A DNA stretch of 62,992 nucleotides, filler included, from Candidatus Babelota bacterium (GTDB lineage Bacteria > JAGOBX01): NCBI GenBank assembly GCA_017999075.1. It is 11 parts of 11 records of this genome, joined end to end, with 100 filler letters (N's around TTAATTAATTAA, not from the genome) between each part and the next. Parts side by side here need not be neighbours in the genome. Positions count along the whole stretch, not along the records: positions 1 to 13,204 come from JAGOBX010000047.1; positions 13,305 to 26,394 come from JAGOBX010000048.1; 9 more parts are not named here. One strand, given 5' to 3'. The notes beneath the pieces are model-generated. The model had not been told where the DNA came from. It did not search any database and worked only from the letters and a program-made list of their open reading frames with translations. Each line of letters opens with the position of its first letter. Within the stretch, counting starts at the first letter, position 1. Positions 10,298 to 20,195 of the stretch are shown piece after piece. The translations under genes were made by a program, and so were the position numbers.

Positions 10298-11431
10298 ATG
10301 AAACTTTCTAACTATACAAGATTATTAAAAGACATTTCAATAACAAGATTAAACAGGTTTTCAGGGAACCCGTCAAAACTTAAGATGTTGTATTACGCTA
10401 TCACATGGAGATGCAACAGCAATTGTATATTCTGCGATGTGAAAAAATTAAATCGAAAAGACTTAAAAGAATTAACATCTAAAAACATCGGTAAAATTTT
10501 CGAAGATAAATATTTAAAAAGGCTTGAATATTTAAAAATTACTGGTGGCGAGCCTACTGTAAAAGAAGATTTGATAGATATTATAACAGAAATTTATAAT
10601 AAAAGCAAACCATCTTATATAGGCATAACTACCAATGGATTGAACACAGATATTATAAAAGATCTGGTAGGTAAAATTACAAATTTCGATGTTTCTCTAT
10701 CCCTAAGAATCAGTGTGGACGGAATAAACGAAAATTATAATAAAATCAGAAATTGCGGTGGCAATGCATTTGAAAAAGTCACAAAAACATTGGAAACTTT
10801 GAAACAATTTCAAAATAAAAAAAATCTAACTATAGGTATTAATCAAACGGTAAGTGAAGAAACTCTCAATAATATTGATGACGTAAAAAAATTATCTGAA
10901 AATCTCGGATATGAATATTATTTATTTTTTGCTCTTCCAACAAGAAATTTATGGAAACCAGATACTAAAACAATTCTATCTAATGATATTAAAGATTATC
11001 TGCCGGTTGAAAAATTTTCAAATGACCAAATTGAAAAAATTTTCAAAAACAATATAAATCAATCCACATTAAGCCTTTTAACCCATAAAAACAGTGAAAA
11101 TTTACTGAGTTTAAAATATTATCAAGATGGGTTTTACAACAGAATTAAATTAAATAAAAAAAAACCTAACAGCCCATGTCTTGCATTATTTAACAGATGC
11201 ATTCTTGACCCTTACGGCAATATTCTTACATGCAACTATATTACAAATCCAGTCGGCAATGCATCAGAAGACGGCTTCTCAAAAGTATGGAATTCAGAAT
11301 CTTCAAAGACAAACAGAAAATTAGTTAAAAACTGCGATAAATGCTGGCTCGGATGTGAAGTTATACCAAACGCAATTTACTCAGGCGAAATTATCAAATG
11401 GATATTGTCTCAACTTTTAAGCGGAAAATAA
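10298..11431 (+). CDS. radical SAM protein with SPASM/Twitch domain
   Basis: CNSNCIFC (CxxxCxxC), TGGEP, C-terminal C..DPYGNILTC..CDKCWLGC. Confidence 0.9.
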   Translation: MKLSNYTRLLKDISITRLNRFSGNPSKLKMLYYAITWRCNSNCIFCDVKKLNRKDLKELTSKNIGKIFEDKYLKRLEYLKITGGEPTVKEDLIDIITEIYNKSKPSYIGITTNGLNTDIIKDLVGKITNFDVSLSLRISVDGINENYNKIRNCGGNAFEKVTKTLETLKQFQNKKNLTIGINQTVSEETLNNIDDVKKLSENLGYEYYLFFALPTRNLWKPDTKTILSNDIKDYLPVEKFSNDQIEKIFKNNINQSTLSLLTHKNSENLLSLKYYQDGFYNRIKLNKKKPNSPCLALFNRCILDPYGNILTCNYITNPVGNASEDGFSKVWNSESSKTNRKLVKNCDKCWLGCEVIPNAIYSGEIIKWILSQLLSGK

Positions 11432-11465
11432 AATTATAAATTAATTTCCAGAAAAAATCTGAATT

Positions 11466-12554
11466 CTAAATGTCGCAGCAAACAGGGTAAGAACCGAGAT
11501 ATTTAATAAACGAACAATAATTATCTAATTTTTTCAATACAGCCTGAATTTTAGGGTCATCTATGTGTCCAAAAAAATCAATAAAAAACACATAATTCCA
11601 CGCAACATTTTTATAAGGTCTTGATTCTATTTTAGATAAACTTATTTTGTTTTTAGCGAACGGTTCAAGACATTTATACAAAATCCCAACCCTGTCTTTA
11701 GCAGCAAATGCTATAGACGTTTTATCATTTCCGCTAATTGAATTTTTTTGTTTTCCGATAACATAAAATCTTGTCATATTATTTTTATAATCTTCAATTT
11801 GTTCAGCAAGAATATTAAGCTTATAAATTTTAGCTGAAAGCGAACTGCTTATAGCTGCGCAATTTTTCTTTTCAGAAACAATTTCAGCTGCAAGAGAATT
11901 GCTTTCTACAGGAATCAGCTTTATATCTTTCTTCAAATTATTTATTATCCAATTTTCACATTGTCCGAAAGATTGCGGATGTGAATAAACTGTATCGATT
12001 TTTTTCAAACTTGATTCTTTTGAAATTAAAAAATGCGATACTTTAATCATAAGTTCGCCAGATATTGTTAACGAAGTAGTCAATAATTTATCAAGAGTAT
12101 ATGTTACTACTCCATTATTAGAATTTTCTATAGGCGCTATTCCGTAATCACCATTATTTTTTTCTACTTCTGTAAACACAGAGGAAATTGAATTTGCATA
12201 TATCAAATCCGATTCAGGAAATTTGGTTTTAGCGGCTATATGTGTAAAAGATCCTTCAGGCCCAAGATATATAATTTTGAGTTTCCGTTCAATTAATCTT
12301 GACGCAGCCATTACATTTGAATATATATTTTCAAGAAAAACTTCAGGGAATCCTTTATTTAATGATTTTATGCTGTTTAATATTTCATTTTCTCTGGCAG
12401 GATCAAAAACAGGTAAATTCAATTTTTTTTTTATTTTACCTATCTTTTCTGCGTATGACAATCGTTGATCAAGAAGCGAAATAATTTTTTTATCAATAAC
12501 ATTAATGTTTTTCCGTAATTCAGATATATCTAATTTATTATTTTTTAATACCAT
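11466..12554 (-). CDS. pheA: bifunctional chorismate mutase/prephenate dehydratase
   Basis: N-terminal CM (LRKNINVIDKKII..DPARE), YLGPEGSFTH, PIENS, NMTRF, ACT domain with IESRP. Confidence 0.95.
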   Translation of the reverse strand: MVLKNNKLDISELRKNINVIDKKIISLLDQRLSYAEKIGKIKKKLNLPVFDPARENEILNSIKSLNKGFPEVFLENIYSNVMAASRLIERKLKIIYLGPEGSFTHIAAKTKFPESDLIYANSISSVFTEVEKNNGDYGIAPIENSNNGVVTYTLDKLLTTSLTISGELMIKVSHFLISKESSLKKIDTVYSHPQSFGQCENWIINNLKKDIKLIPVESNSLAAEIVSEKKNCAAISSSLSAKIYKLNILAEQIEDYKNNMTRFYVIGKQKNSISGNDKTSIAFAAKDRVGILYKCLEPFAKNKISLSKIESRPYKNVAWNYVFFIDFFGHIDDPKIQAVLKKLDNYCSFIKYLGSYPVCCDI

Positions 12555-13204
12555 TAAACACTATATCCTTTTCTTTATTATTTAAAATCAAATATTGCCC
12601 TGGAGCAATACGGATATCAAACAAAGAAAATCCGCCTATAGACACTCTGGTAAGTTTTATTACAGAATGATTTATTATGTCACACAATTTTCTTATAACA
12701 CGATTCTGCCCTGAATATATTGATATTTCAACCCAAGAATTGGATTTCAAAGTCTTTAATATTTTAGCAGAAACACATTTAACAGTTTTACCCTCAAATC
12801 TGATATTCTTTTTCAGTTTATCAAGTTCTTCTTTCGTAGGCACTCCTTCAACTTTAGCGTGATATACTTTTAAAATTTTATTCGAAGGATGCTGTATAGC
12901 CTGGGCATAATCTCCGTCATTAGTCAATATTAATAAACCTTCGGTATCATAATCAAGCCGGCCTACAGGATACAAGTTTTTCCACCCTCTGATTTTCATC
13001 AAATAATCCATAACAGTAGTTCTGCCTTTATCATCAGAAACAGAAGTTATACAACGTTTTGGTTTATAAAATAACACATAAAGTTTCTTAGTAAATTGAG
13101 ACAAACGAAGGATTTTTCCGTTATATTTTATAATATCAATATCAGGATCAATTTCTTCAAACGGATTTAAACATGATATATTATTTACTGTTACCAATCC
13201 ATCC
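12538..13204 (-). CDS. rluB: RsuA/RluB-family pseudouridine synthase, 5' end missing (N-terminus is on the contig ending at 60091)
   Basis: YKPKRCITSVSD, YPVGRLDYDTEGLLILTNDG, GQNRVIRK. Confidence 0.8.
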
Positions 13205-13304
13205 NNNNNNNNNNNNNNNNNNNNNNNNNNNNNNNNNNNNNNNNNNNNTTAATTAATTAANNNNNNNNNNNNNNNNNNNNNNNNNNNNNNNNNNNNNNNN
13301 NNNN
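13205..13304. other. artificial contig linker N44-TTAATTAATTAA-N44
   Basis: Identical 100-nt linkers also at 26395-26494, 39566-39665, 42513-42612, 45460-45559, 48396-48495, 51327-51426, 54256-54355, 57182-57281 and 60092-60191. Confidence 0.99.
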
Positions 13305-13608
13305 TTTCAAACTTATTCTGATTATCTTTTATAGCTAAATTTGAAAGTGTAATTATCGCTCCCCACTTCAGAAATTTATTTTCATTATCAATTAATTTTA
13401 CAAAAAAATCAAAATATGGATAAATTAACTACGGCTTTTGTTCACTTATTAACCGAAGGATTTTTTCACATCCGAATTTTATACTTCCTTTTTCATTTTC
13501 AAGAGCATTTATAACTTTCTCAATTTGCTCCGGATTCTTTATTATTTGAGATACAATTTCATTTATATCTGATTTTTCTTTAATTTTATTTATTATATTT
13601 TTTTCCAT
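13305..13608 (-). pseudogene. HEAT/ARM-like helical protein with in-frame TAG at codon 60; runs off the contig
   Basis: MEKNIINKIKEKSDINE...KFGCEKILRLISEQKP*LIYPYFDFFVKLIDNENKFLKWGAIITLSNLA; TAG at 13431-13429. Confidence 0.6.
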
Positions 13609-13891
13609 TTAAATATAATTTTCATTTAACAAAACTTTACTAAAAATTTTCCGAATTCAAATCTGTTCTAATTTATATACTAAATTATATACTATGTCAA
13701 TAAAATAATGGGTTGGTTTTAAAAAAGATTTCACAAGGAGGATGCCGCTTTTTGAGGACGCCGCAGGCGGTGTCAGAAATCCGGACGAAGCATGAGCAAA
13801 AAGCCGAAGTTGAACTAAAGCGTTAAGCTGCATTTTCCTGTTTATAGTTGTTGGAACAGAATAATCCAATTGTAAGGCGGCTTGCCGAATA

Positions 13892-14124
13892 TTATCGGAA
13901 ATCCCAGTCAAATTGAGACAATTTGTCAAGTTGTCCTTGAGCATATTTCGAATATACAATTTTATATTCCATTTTTTTCCATTTCTTCTTGCGTCAACAT
14001 TTTACCTTTTGTTTTTTTGCTTTTTCTAACCATTTAAGACAAGATATAGTCTTCAGCAATTTCAAGTAAATCCTGCATACTCTGATATTTTGTAAAAAAT
14101 GGCAGAACTGCCATTTGGAAACAT
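13892..14124 (-). pseudogene. decayed type II toxin-antitoxin pair (Phd/YefM-like antitoxin C-terminal half plus RelE-like N-terminal stub)
   Basis: SAIFYKISEY/frameshift/QDLLEIAEDYILS*MVRKSKKTKGKMLTQEEMEKNGI* overlapping the ATG at 13972 of MEYKIVYSKYAQGQLDKLSQFDWDFR*. Confidence 0.55.
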
Positions 14125-14165
14125 TCCCTTATTATAAAAAAACTACAGAATGAAAATTCTTACTA

Positions 14166-14193
14166 TTGACTTTTATTAAATATCTAATACAAT
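14166..14193 (+). promoter_or_regulatory. sigma70-type promoter for speB-speA, TTGACT-N16-TACAAT
   Basis: Near-consensus hexamers about 90 nt upstream of speB. Confidence 0.55.
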
Positions 14194-14279
14194 AAACCAA
14201 AATTTTTTAATCCAGAAATAAACATAAACAGGATAAATCGAAAAAAATTATTTCAAAGTTGTCATAAAAGATTTTTTAT

Positions 14280-15155
14280 TTGGAAATAAAAATGTTGATT
14301 ACAGAAAATAATTTATTTATATCGCAGCGAACTTACAGTGCTGAAACTAAAATAGGAATACTTGGACTTCCTTATGACTGCACATCAAGTTTCAGGCCAG
14401 GGTCAAGATTTGCGCCAAATGCGATACGCACTGTCTCAAACAGTATAGAAACTTACTCTCCGGCATTAAAAAAAGACCTTGAAGATATATATTATACTGA
14501 TTTCGGAGATGTCCCTATAATTTTCGGAGATGCAGAAAAAAATCTCGAAATTATAAAAAAGTATCACAAAGAAATAATTGATAAAAATATTAAAGTTGTG
14601 GGGATAGGCGGTGAACATCTTGTAACATATCCGCTGGTGAAAAACTTAATAAAAAAAAATCCTCAAAAAAAAATTACAGTTTTACAATTTGATGCTCATT
14701 TGGATTTACGTGATGATTATCTTGGAAATAAAATGTCTCACGCTACAGTGATGAATCTTCTATTAAATGAACCTTCTGTAGAAAAAATAATTCAAATCGG
14801 AATACGTTCCGGAACCAGGGAAGAATTTGAAAAACAAAACAGAGAACCAAAAATACAGGAACTTTTTTCTCCTGAAACCTTAAAAAATTATTTAGATGAA
14901 TTTTGTCTGAACTCCTCAATTTATCTAACAATAGATATAGATGTATTAGATCCTTCTATAATTCCGGGAACCGGTACACCTGAAGCAGGAGGACTGACAT
15001 ACAAAGAAATGCTTGAATATTTAAAAATAATTGATAAATATAAAATATGCGGAGCAGATTTAGTCGAATTATCACCTCAATACGATTTATCAGGAAATTC
15101 AAATGTTGCAGCGGCAAAATTATTACGAGAAATTTTATTGATAGCAGGTAACTAA
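14280..15155 (+). CDS. speB: agmatinase (true start may be ATG 14292)
   Basis: TSSFRPGSRFAP, GGEHLVT, FDAHLDLRD, TIDIDVLDP, PGTGTPEAGG; directly upstream of speA. Confidence 0.93.
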   Translation: MEIKMLITENNLFISQRTYSAETKIGILGLPYDCTSSFRPGSRFAPNAIRTVSNSIETYSPALKKDLEDIYYTDFGDVPIIFGDAEKNLEIIKKYHKEIIDKNIKVVGIGGEHLVTYPLVKNLIKKNPQKKITVLQFDAHLDLRDDYLGNKMSHATVMNLLLNEPSVEKIIQIGIRSGTREEFEKQNREPKIQELFSPETLKNYLDEFCLNSSIYLTIDIDVLDPSIIPGTGTPEAGGLTYKEMLEYLKIIDKYKICGADLVELSPQYDLSGNSNVAAAKLLREILLIAGN

Positions 15156-15157
15156 AT

Positions 15158-17062
15158 ATGGGATGGAATATTAATGACTCTACAAAATTATATAATGTAG
15201 ACAACTGGGGATCAGGATATTTTACTGTAAACAAACGAGGGAACATTTCAGTTCATCCCAACAAAAATTCAAAAAATTTCATTGATCTGAAAAGTTTGAT
15301 AGATGATTTAATAAAACGTAAAATCAAACCTCCGATATTATTAAGATTTATGAATATACTTGAAGACAGAATCGCAATAATCAATAAAGCGTTTAAAAAT
15401 GCAATCGAAGAAAATAATTATCCGGCAAATTACCAGACTTTTTACCCGATAAAAGTTAATCAGCAGAGACAAGTTGTGGAAGCTATAGCTAAATGCGGAA
15501 AAAAATTTGATATCGGATTGGAAGTGGGTTCAAAACCCGAACTTATAGCCGCATTATATGTTGCATCTGACAAAAGTATTCCGATATTATGCAATGGATA
15601 TAAGGATTCAGAATACATTGAAACAATTTTGTATGCCACAAAAATAGGTTATAAAATCACAATAGTAATAGAAAAACTTTTTGAACTCCAGTCCATAATA
15701 CATTTATTTGAAAAAAGCGGAATTAAACCTACCCTCGGAATCAGAGTAAAACTTTCCACTAAAGGCACAGGAAAATGGGCTGCATCCGGAGGGGAAGAAT
15801 CCAAATTCGGATTAAAAATTTCAGAAATAATAACTGCTATAGATTTATTGGAAAAAAGCGGATTGATAAATTGTTTAAAACTTGTTCATTTTCATATAGG
15901 CAGCCAGATAACAAAAATTGATAAAATAAAAAACGCTTTAATTGAAGGAGCAAGAATTTATTCTGAAATGATACGACTCGGAGTAGGGCTAGAATATATC
16001 GATATCGGAGGAGGACTTGGAGTTGATTATGACGGTTCAAAATCAAGTTATTTTTCAAGCGCCAATTATTCAGTCGATGAATACGCCAATGATGTAATTT
16101 TCCAAATTAAAAGCATTTGCGATCAGGCCAATATCAAATGTCCTAATATAATATCAGAATCCGGAAGAGCCATAGTCGCTCATTATTCTGTTCTTGTTAC
16201 TAATATTCTGAATTCAAAAAATACTATGACTACTCCAATAGGAAAACTTTTTGAAACAAAACCGCAGAAAATGTCTCCGACAATAAAAAAACTATATGAT
16301 ATATATGAAAGTATTGACAAACATTCTTTGCGCGAAGATTATCACGACACCATTCAATTGATTCAGGAAGCTGTAAGTCTATTCAATCTCGGTTATTTGA
16401 ATCTTAATGACAGGGCTGCTGCAGAATTATTATATTCAAAAATTGTAAAAAAAATCTATGCTATAATCGAAAAATTAAAAGTAGTTCCCGAAGAGTTGCA
16501 GAATTTCAGACTTCATTTGCGGAAAACATATTTTGCAAACTTTTCTTTGTTTCAATCACTTCCTGATTCCTGGGCAATTGACCAATTATTTCCTATAATG
16601 CCTATTCAGCGGCTTGACGAAAAACCTGAAGTTATTTGTTCAATAGCTGATATAACTTGCGATTCAGACGGGGAAATCACTAAATTTGTAGGACCAAACG
16701 GCAAAAACGAACACCTTCCTATTCATAACATTGAATCAAAAGAAGGATATTATATAGGATTCTTTTTAATAGGCGCATATCAGGAAATACTTGGAGATAT
16801 GCATAATTTGTTCGGAGATACTAATGCAGTTCATATAACATTCAATAAAAAAAATGATTATAAAATAGAAACAGTTATTGTAGGCGACGCAATATCAGAA
16901 AGTTTAAAATATGTTCAATATAACGGTTCTGAAATATTAAAAACTATAAGGGAAAACCTTGAAAAAAGCGTGGCGCAACGAAAAATTTCAATAGAGGAAA
17001 GCATACATTTTCTTGAATTATTCGAAAAAAACCTTAATGCATACGCTTATTTGTTTGATTAA
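15158..17062 (+). CDS. speA: biosynthetic arginine decarboxylase
   Basis: YPIKVNQQRQVV, GLEVGSKPEL, HFHIGSQI, NFSLFQSLPDSWAIDQLFP, DITCDSDG, GAYQEILGDMHNLFG. Confidence 0.97.
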   Translation: MGWNINDSTKLYNVDNWGSGYFTVNKRGNISVHPNKNSKNFIDLKSLIDDLIKRKIKPPILLRFMNILEDRIAIINKAFKNAIEENNYPANYQTFYPIKVNQQRQVVEAIAKCGKKFDIGLEVGSKPELIAALYVASDKSIPILCNGYKDSEYIETILYATKIGYKITIVIEKLFELQSIIHLFEKSGIKPTLGIRVKLSTKGTGKWAASGGEESKFGLKISEIITAIDLLEKSGLINCLKLVHFHIGSQITKIDKIKNALIEGARIYSEMIRLGVGLEYIDIGGGLGVDYDGSKSSYFSSANYSVDEYANDVIFQIKSICDQANIKCPNIISESGRAIVAHYSVLVTNILNSKNTMTTPIGKLFETKPQKMSPTIKKLYDIYESIDKHSLREDYHDTIQLIQEAVSLFNLGYLNLNDRAAAELLYSKIVKKIYAIIEKLKVVPEELQNFRLHLRKTYFANFSLFQSLPDSWAIDQLFPIMPIQRLDEKPEVICSIADITCDSDGEITKFVGPNGKNEHLPIHNIESKEGYYIGFFLIGAYQEILGDMHNLFGDTNAVHITFNKKNDYKIETVIVGDAISESLKYVQYNGSEILKTIRENLEKSVAQRKISIEESIHFLELFEKNLNAYAYLFD

Positions 17063-17149
17063 GATTAAACACGAACCGTGCTGATTTTATAATATTTACA
17101 GCGGCCGAACATTATTCTATTATTTTTTTAATAAAAAAAATATCAAGTT

Positions 17150-18523
17150 ATGGAAAACCAAAAATTAAAATTATTGATAGTTGATGATGAAATTTTATTG
17201 AGTGAATTTCTCGAAATAACTTTTAAACGTCAGGGTTATGAAATATATGTCGCCCATAATATCAAAGACGGTTATAATTTATTTTTAAAAAATCTTCCTG
17301 ATATAGCGATACTGGACTATAAACTTCCTGACGGGTCCGGAATGGATTTATTAAAAAAAATTACTGATAAAAAAAACGACATCACAATTATTCTAATCAC
17401 AGCTTACGGAAATATAGATACTGCTGTGGAAGCAATGAAAATCGGAGCTGCAGACTTTGTTACCAAACCTTTTTCTGCAGAACAAATAATTTCTTCAGTA
17501 GAACGCGGAATAATTAAAACAAAAAATAAATCATCAGATAACAAAAAAAATAATTTAGGCGGCGGAACTGTCATAATCGGAAACTGCAGAAAAATAAAAG
17601 ATATTTTTAATATAATGGATAAAGTGTCAAAAAACGATACTACAGTTTTAATAACAGGGGAAAGCGGAACAGGCAAAGAGCTTGTGGCAAGATATATTCA
17701 TTATAACAGCGACCGAAATGCCAATCCTTTTGTTACTGTAAATTGCAGCGCAATACCCGACACATTGCTTGAATCAGAATTGTTCGGCCACAAACGAGGT
17801 TCGTTTACAGGAGCTTACGCAGATAAAATAGGATTGTTTGAAGCTGCTGACAAAGGCGCTATTTTTCTTGATGAAATAGGAGATATTACTCCTGCTCTTC
17901 AAGTTAAACTTTTAAGAGTCATCGAAGAGAAATATATTACGCCTATAGGTTCTACTTCTTCAAAAAAAATAAATTTAAGAATATTAGCCGCAACAAATAA
18001 AAATCTGGAAAAAGAAGTTTTATCAGGAAATTTCAGAGAAGACTTATATTACAGGCTTAATGTAATAGATATCAAATTACCTCCTTTGCGGGAAAGAGAA
18101 AACGATATAATGCTTCTTGCCAATCACTTTATAAAATTATTCAGTTTGCAATATAAAAAAAACATTACAGGTTTTGACAGCATTGCAATTGAAGCTATAA
18201 AAAAATATTCATGGCCAGGAAATATAAGAGAACTTGAAAATATTATTAAACGAGCTGTTATTCTTTCAGAAAAAAATATAATATCAGTTGACGATATGTT
18301 TGGTTCTATTCCTGATTTCAATAAAATAAAAATTACGGCTAATGATAATATAATTATCCCGGAAACAGGAATTGATTTAAATGATATACTTTATGAAACA
18401 GAAAAAAAATATATTTTCAAAGCTTTAGAAAAATCTAACGGCCAGCAAAATATCGCCGCGCAATATCTGAATTTAAATAGAACCACTCTTATAAGCAAAA
18501 TGAAAAAATTCAAAATAATCTAA
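17150..18523 (+). CDS. sigma54-dependent NtrC-family response regulator
   Basis: Receiver domain (VDDE, LDYKLP), GESGTGKE, GSFTGA, C-terminal Fis-type HTH. Confidence 0.95.
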   Translation: MENQKLKLLIVDDEILLSEFLEITFKRQGYEIYVAHNIKDGYNLFLKNLPDIAILDYKLPDGSGMDLLKKITDKKNDITIILITAYGNIDTAVEAMKIGAADFVTKPFSAEQIISSVERGIIKTKNKSSDNKKNNLGGGTVIIGNCRKIKDIFNIMDKVSKNDTTVLITGESGTGKELVARYIHYNSDRNANPFVTVNCSAIPDTLLESELFGHKRGSFTGAYADKIGLFEAADKGAIFLDEIGDITPALQVKLLRVIEEKYITPIGSTSSKKINLRILAATNKNLEKEVLSGNFREDLYYRLNVIDIKLPPLRERENDIMLLANHFIKLFSLQYKKNITGFDSIAIEAIKKYSWPGNIRELENIIKRAVILSEKNIISVDDMFGSIPDFNKIKITANDNIIIPETGIDLNDILYETEKKYIFKALEKSNGQQNIAAQYLNLNRTTLISKMKKFKII

Positions 18524-18524
18524 A

Positions 18525-19532
18525 ATGAACAAACCTCATATTCAAAACCTTTCATATAAAATTTATAATAAAACCTTATCATTTATCTCAAACAATGATT
18601 TTATAATACGTTCAATCAACAGTTATTTTTCAGTTTATAATAATCTTCATAAATTCCGGTGTGTAGAAAATATAAATATAGAATTATATGACGTAAATTT
18701 TCATTCTGCCAAACTAAATAAAATTTCAAAATTTGAAACTGCATCCAATTCTTTTTTAGCAGAGCATAAAAACAGATTTAAAATATACAGGGTTAACAGA
18801 AATATATACTGCATAAATTTTTATAACGGATTGTCTAAAATATTTATTGATATAAAAAATTGCAAAGCTGAAGGTTATATCGTAAACCCTGAACGGTTTG
18901 GACTGGATTTTATTCCTAATTTTATTATAATTGCTCTGATAGAAATATTGTTTAAATTTAAAAATATTTTTTTTATTCATTCTTCGGCAGTAGTAAAAAA
19001 CGGAACGGCAATTCTGTTTCCCGGTTCTTCAGGAAGCGGCAAATCAACTCTTGCTTTTTATATGATGTCAAAAAAATTCAACCTTATTTCAGATGACAAA
19101 TGTTTCATCTACAATAAAAATGAAGAAACAATAGAAATTTCCGGATTATTACAGCCTGTAGATATAATTAAACGAAAAGATGATTTTTTAATTAACTCAG
19201 GATTAATAAAAAAAGTTTTTAATAAATATTCTGAAGACGAAAAAAGATTCATAATTACAGAATTTAAAAAAAATTCTGTTGATTTTACCGGAAAAATCAA
19301 ATTCATCATTTTTCCGAAAATCGGCGAAAAGTTCAATGTTAAAAAAATTTCTAAAAATAATGCATTGACCAGTTTGTTTAAAAACAGCATTACTCCAAGA
19401 TTAAACATTAATCTTAAACAGCATTTTGAGATTCTATACAAAACAATTGAAAATTCCGAGTGTTATAGTATCATTGTATCATCTGATTTAACAGAATTTT
19501 ATAAATTTATTAAAAAGGCATTACATTATTAA
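18525..19532 (+). CDS. HPr-kinase-related P-loop kinase
   Basis: IHSSAV..ILFPGSSGSGKST..LISDD, the HprK-type His / Walker A / DD signature. Confidence 0.75.
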   Translation: MNKPHIQNLSYKIYNKTLSFISNNDFIIRSINSYFSVYNNLHKFRCVENINIELYDVNFHSAKLNKISKFETASNSFLAEHKNRFKIYRVNRNIYCINFYNGLSKIFIDIKNCKAEGYIVNPERFGLDFIPNFIIIALIEILFKFKNIFFIHSSAVVKNGTAILFPGSSGSGKSTLAFYMMSKKFNLISDDKCFIYNKNEETIEISGLLQPVDIIKRKDDFLINSGLIKKVFNKYSEDEKRFIITEFKKNSVDFTGKIKFIIFPKIGEKFNVKKISKNNALTSLFKNSITPRLNINLKQHFEILYKTIENSECYSIIVSSDLTEFYKFIKKALHY

Positions 19533-20195
19533 GTGAACAATTCAGAAATTAATTTTTCTTATAAATTTTCCGAACTCTTAAAAGGAATAATACGAAGCTC
19601 TGATTTTATACTGGATATAGGTTGTAATAAAGGGAGTCTGCCTGAAACATATTTCAACCCTAATTCTATTATTATAGGACTTGATAACAATATTAATTAT
19701 CTTTCTTCGAACAGAACTGTTAATCATAAAGTGGCAGGAAATATTAATTATTTGCCGTTTCTTAAGGGAAAATTTGATTTTGTTATTATGAAATATGTCC
19801 TGGAACACATTGACACTCCGGAAATATCCGTAAAAAATTTACAGCACTTATTAAAATCAAACCAGTTTGTTTATGTTGCAGTTCCAAAATTTTATGCGTT
19901 TCAGGATACATTGTACAGAATACTCGGATGGATTGCGGAAAAAACCGGAACCGGCAAACAAGCTCATATACAAAAATTCACATTCGGTTCATTATGCAGA
20001 TTGTTTTACGATAATGGTTTTGTTCTTGTAGAATTCTTTGAAGCTCCTGCAGGTTTATCATTTCTTGATAAAAATAATTTCAGAAAACAACTCAAAAAAA
20101 TTGTCTGTCTGTTTTTAAAAATCTTTTTTTTATTAACAGGAAAAAATATGCTCGAACGTAACGAAATGCATTTTATATTTTGCAGATTTGATTAA
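19533..20195 (+). CDS. class I SAM-dependent methyltransferase
   Basis: ILDIGCNKG, LPF..FD.V...VLEH. Confidence 0.85.
   Translation: MNNSEINFSYKFSELLKGIIRSSDFILDIGCNKGSLPETYFNPNSIIIGLDNNINYLSSNRTVNHKVAGNINYLPFLKGKFDFVIMKYVLEHIDTPEISVKNLQHLLKSNQFVYVAVPKFYAFQDTLYRILGWIAEKTGTGKQAHIQKFTFGSLCRLFYDNGFVLVEFFEAPAGLSFLDKNNFRKQLKKIVCLFLKIFFLLTGKNMLERNEMHFIFCRFD

Noticed and set aside
12538-13204. Duplicated pseudouridine synthase gene
   Set aside because: Both copies end at contig boundaries and overlap almost exactly; one gene split by assembly
13657-13959. 100-aa ORF in the track
   Set aside because: Spans the RelE-like stub in another frame and the structured GC-rich element; no protein-like motifs
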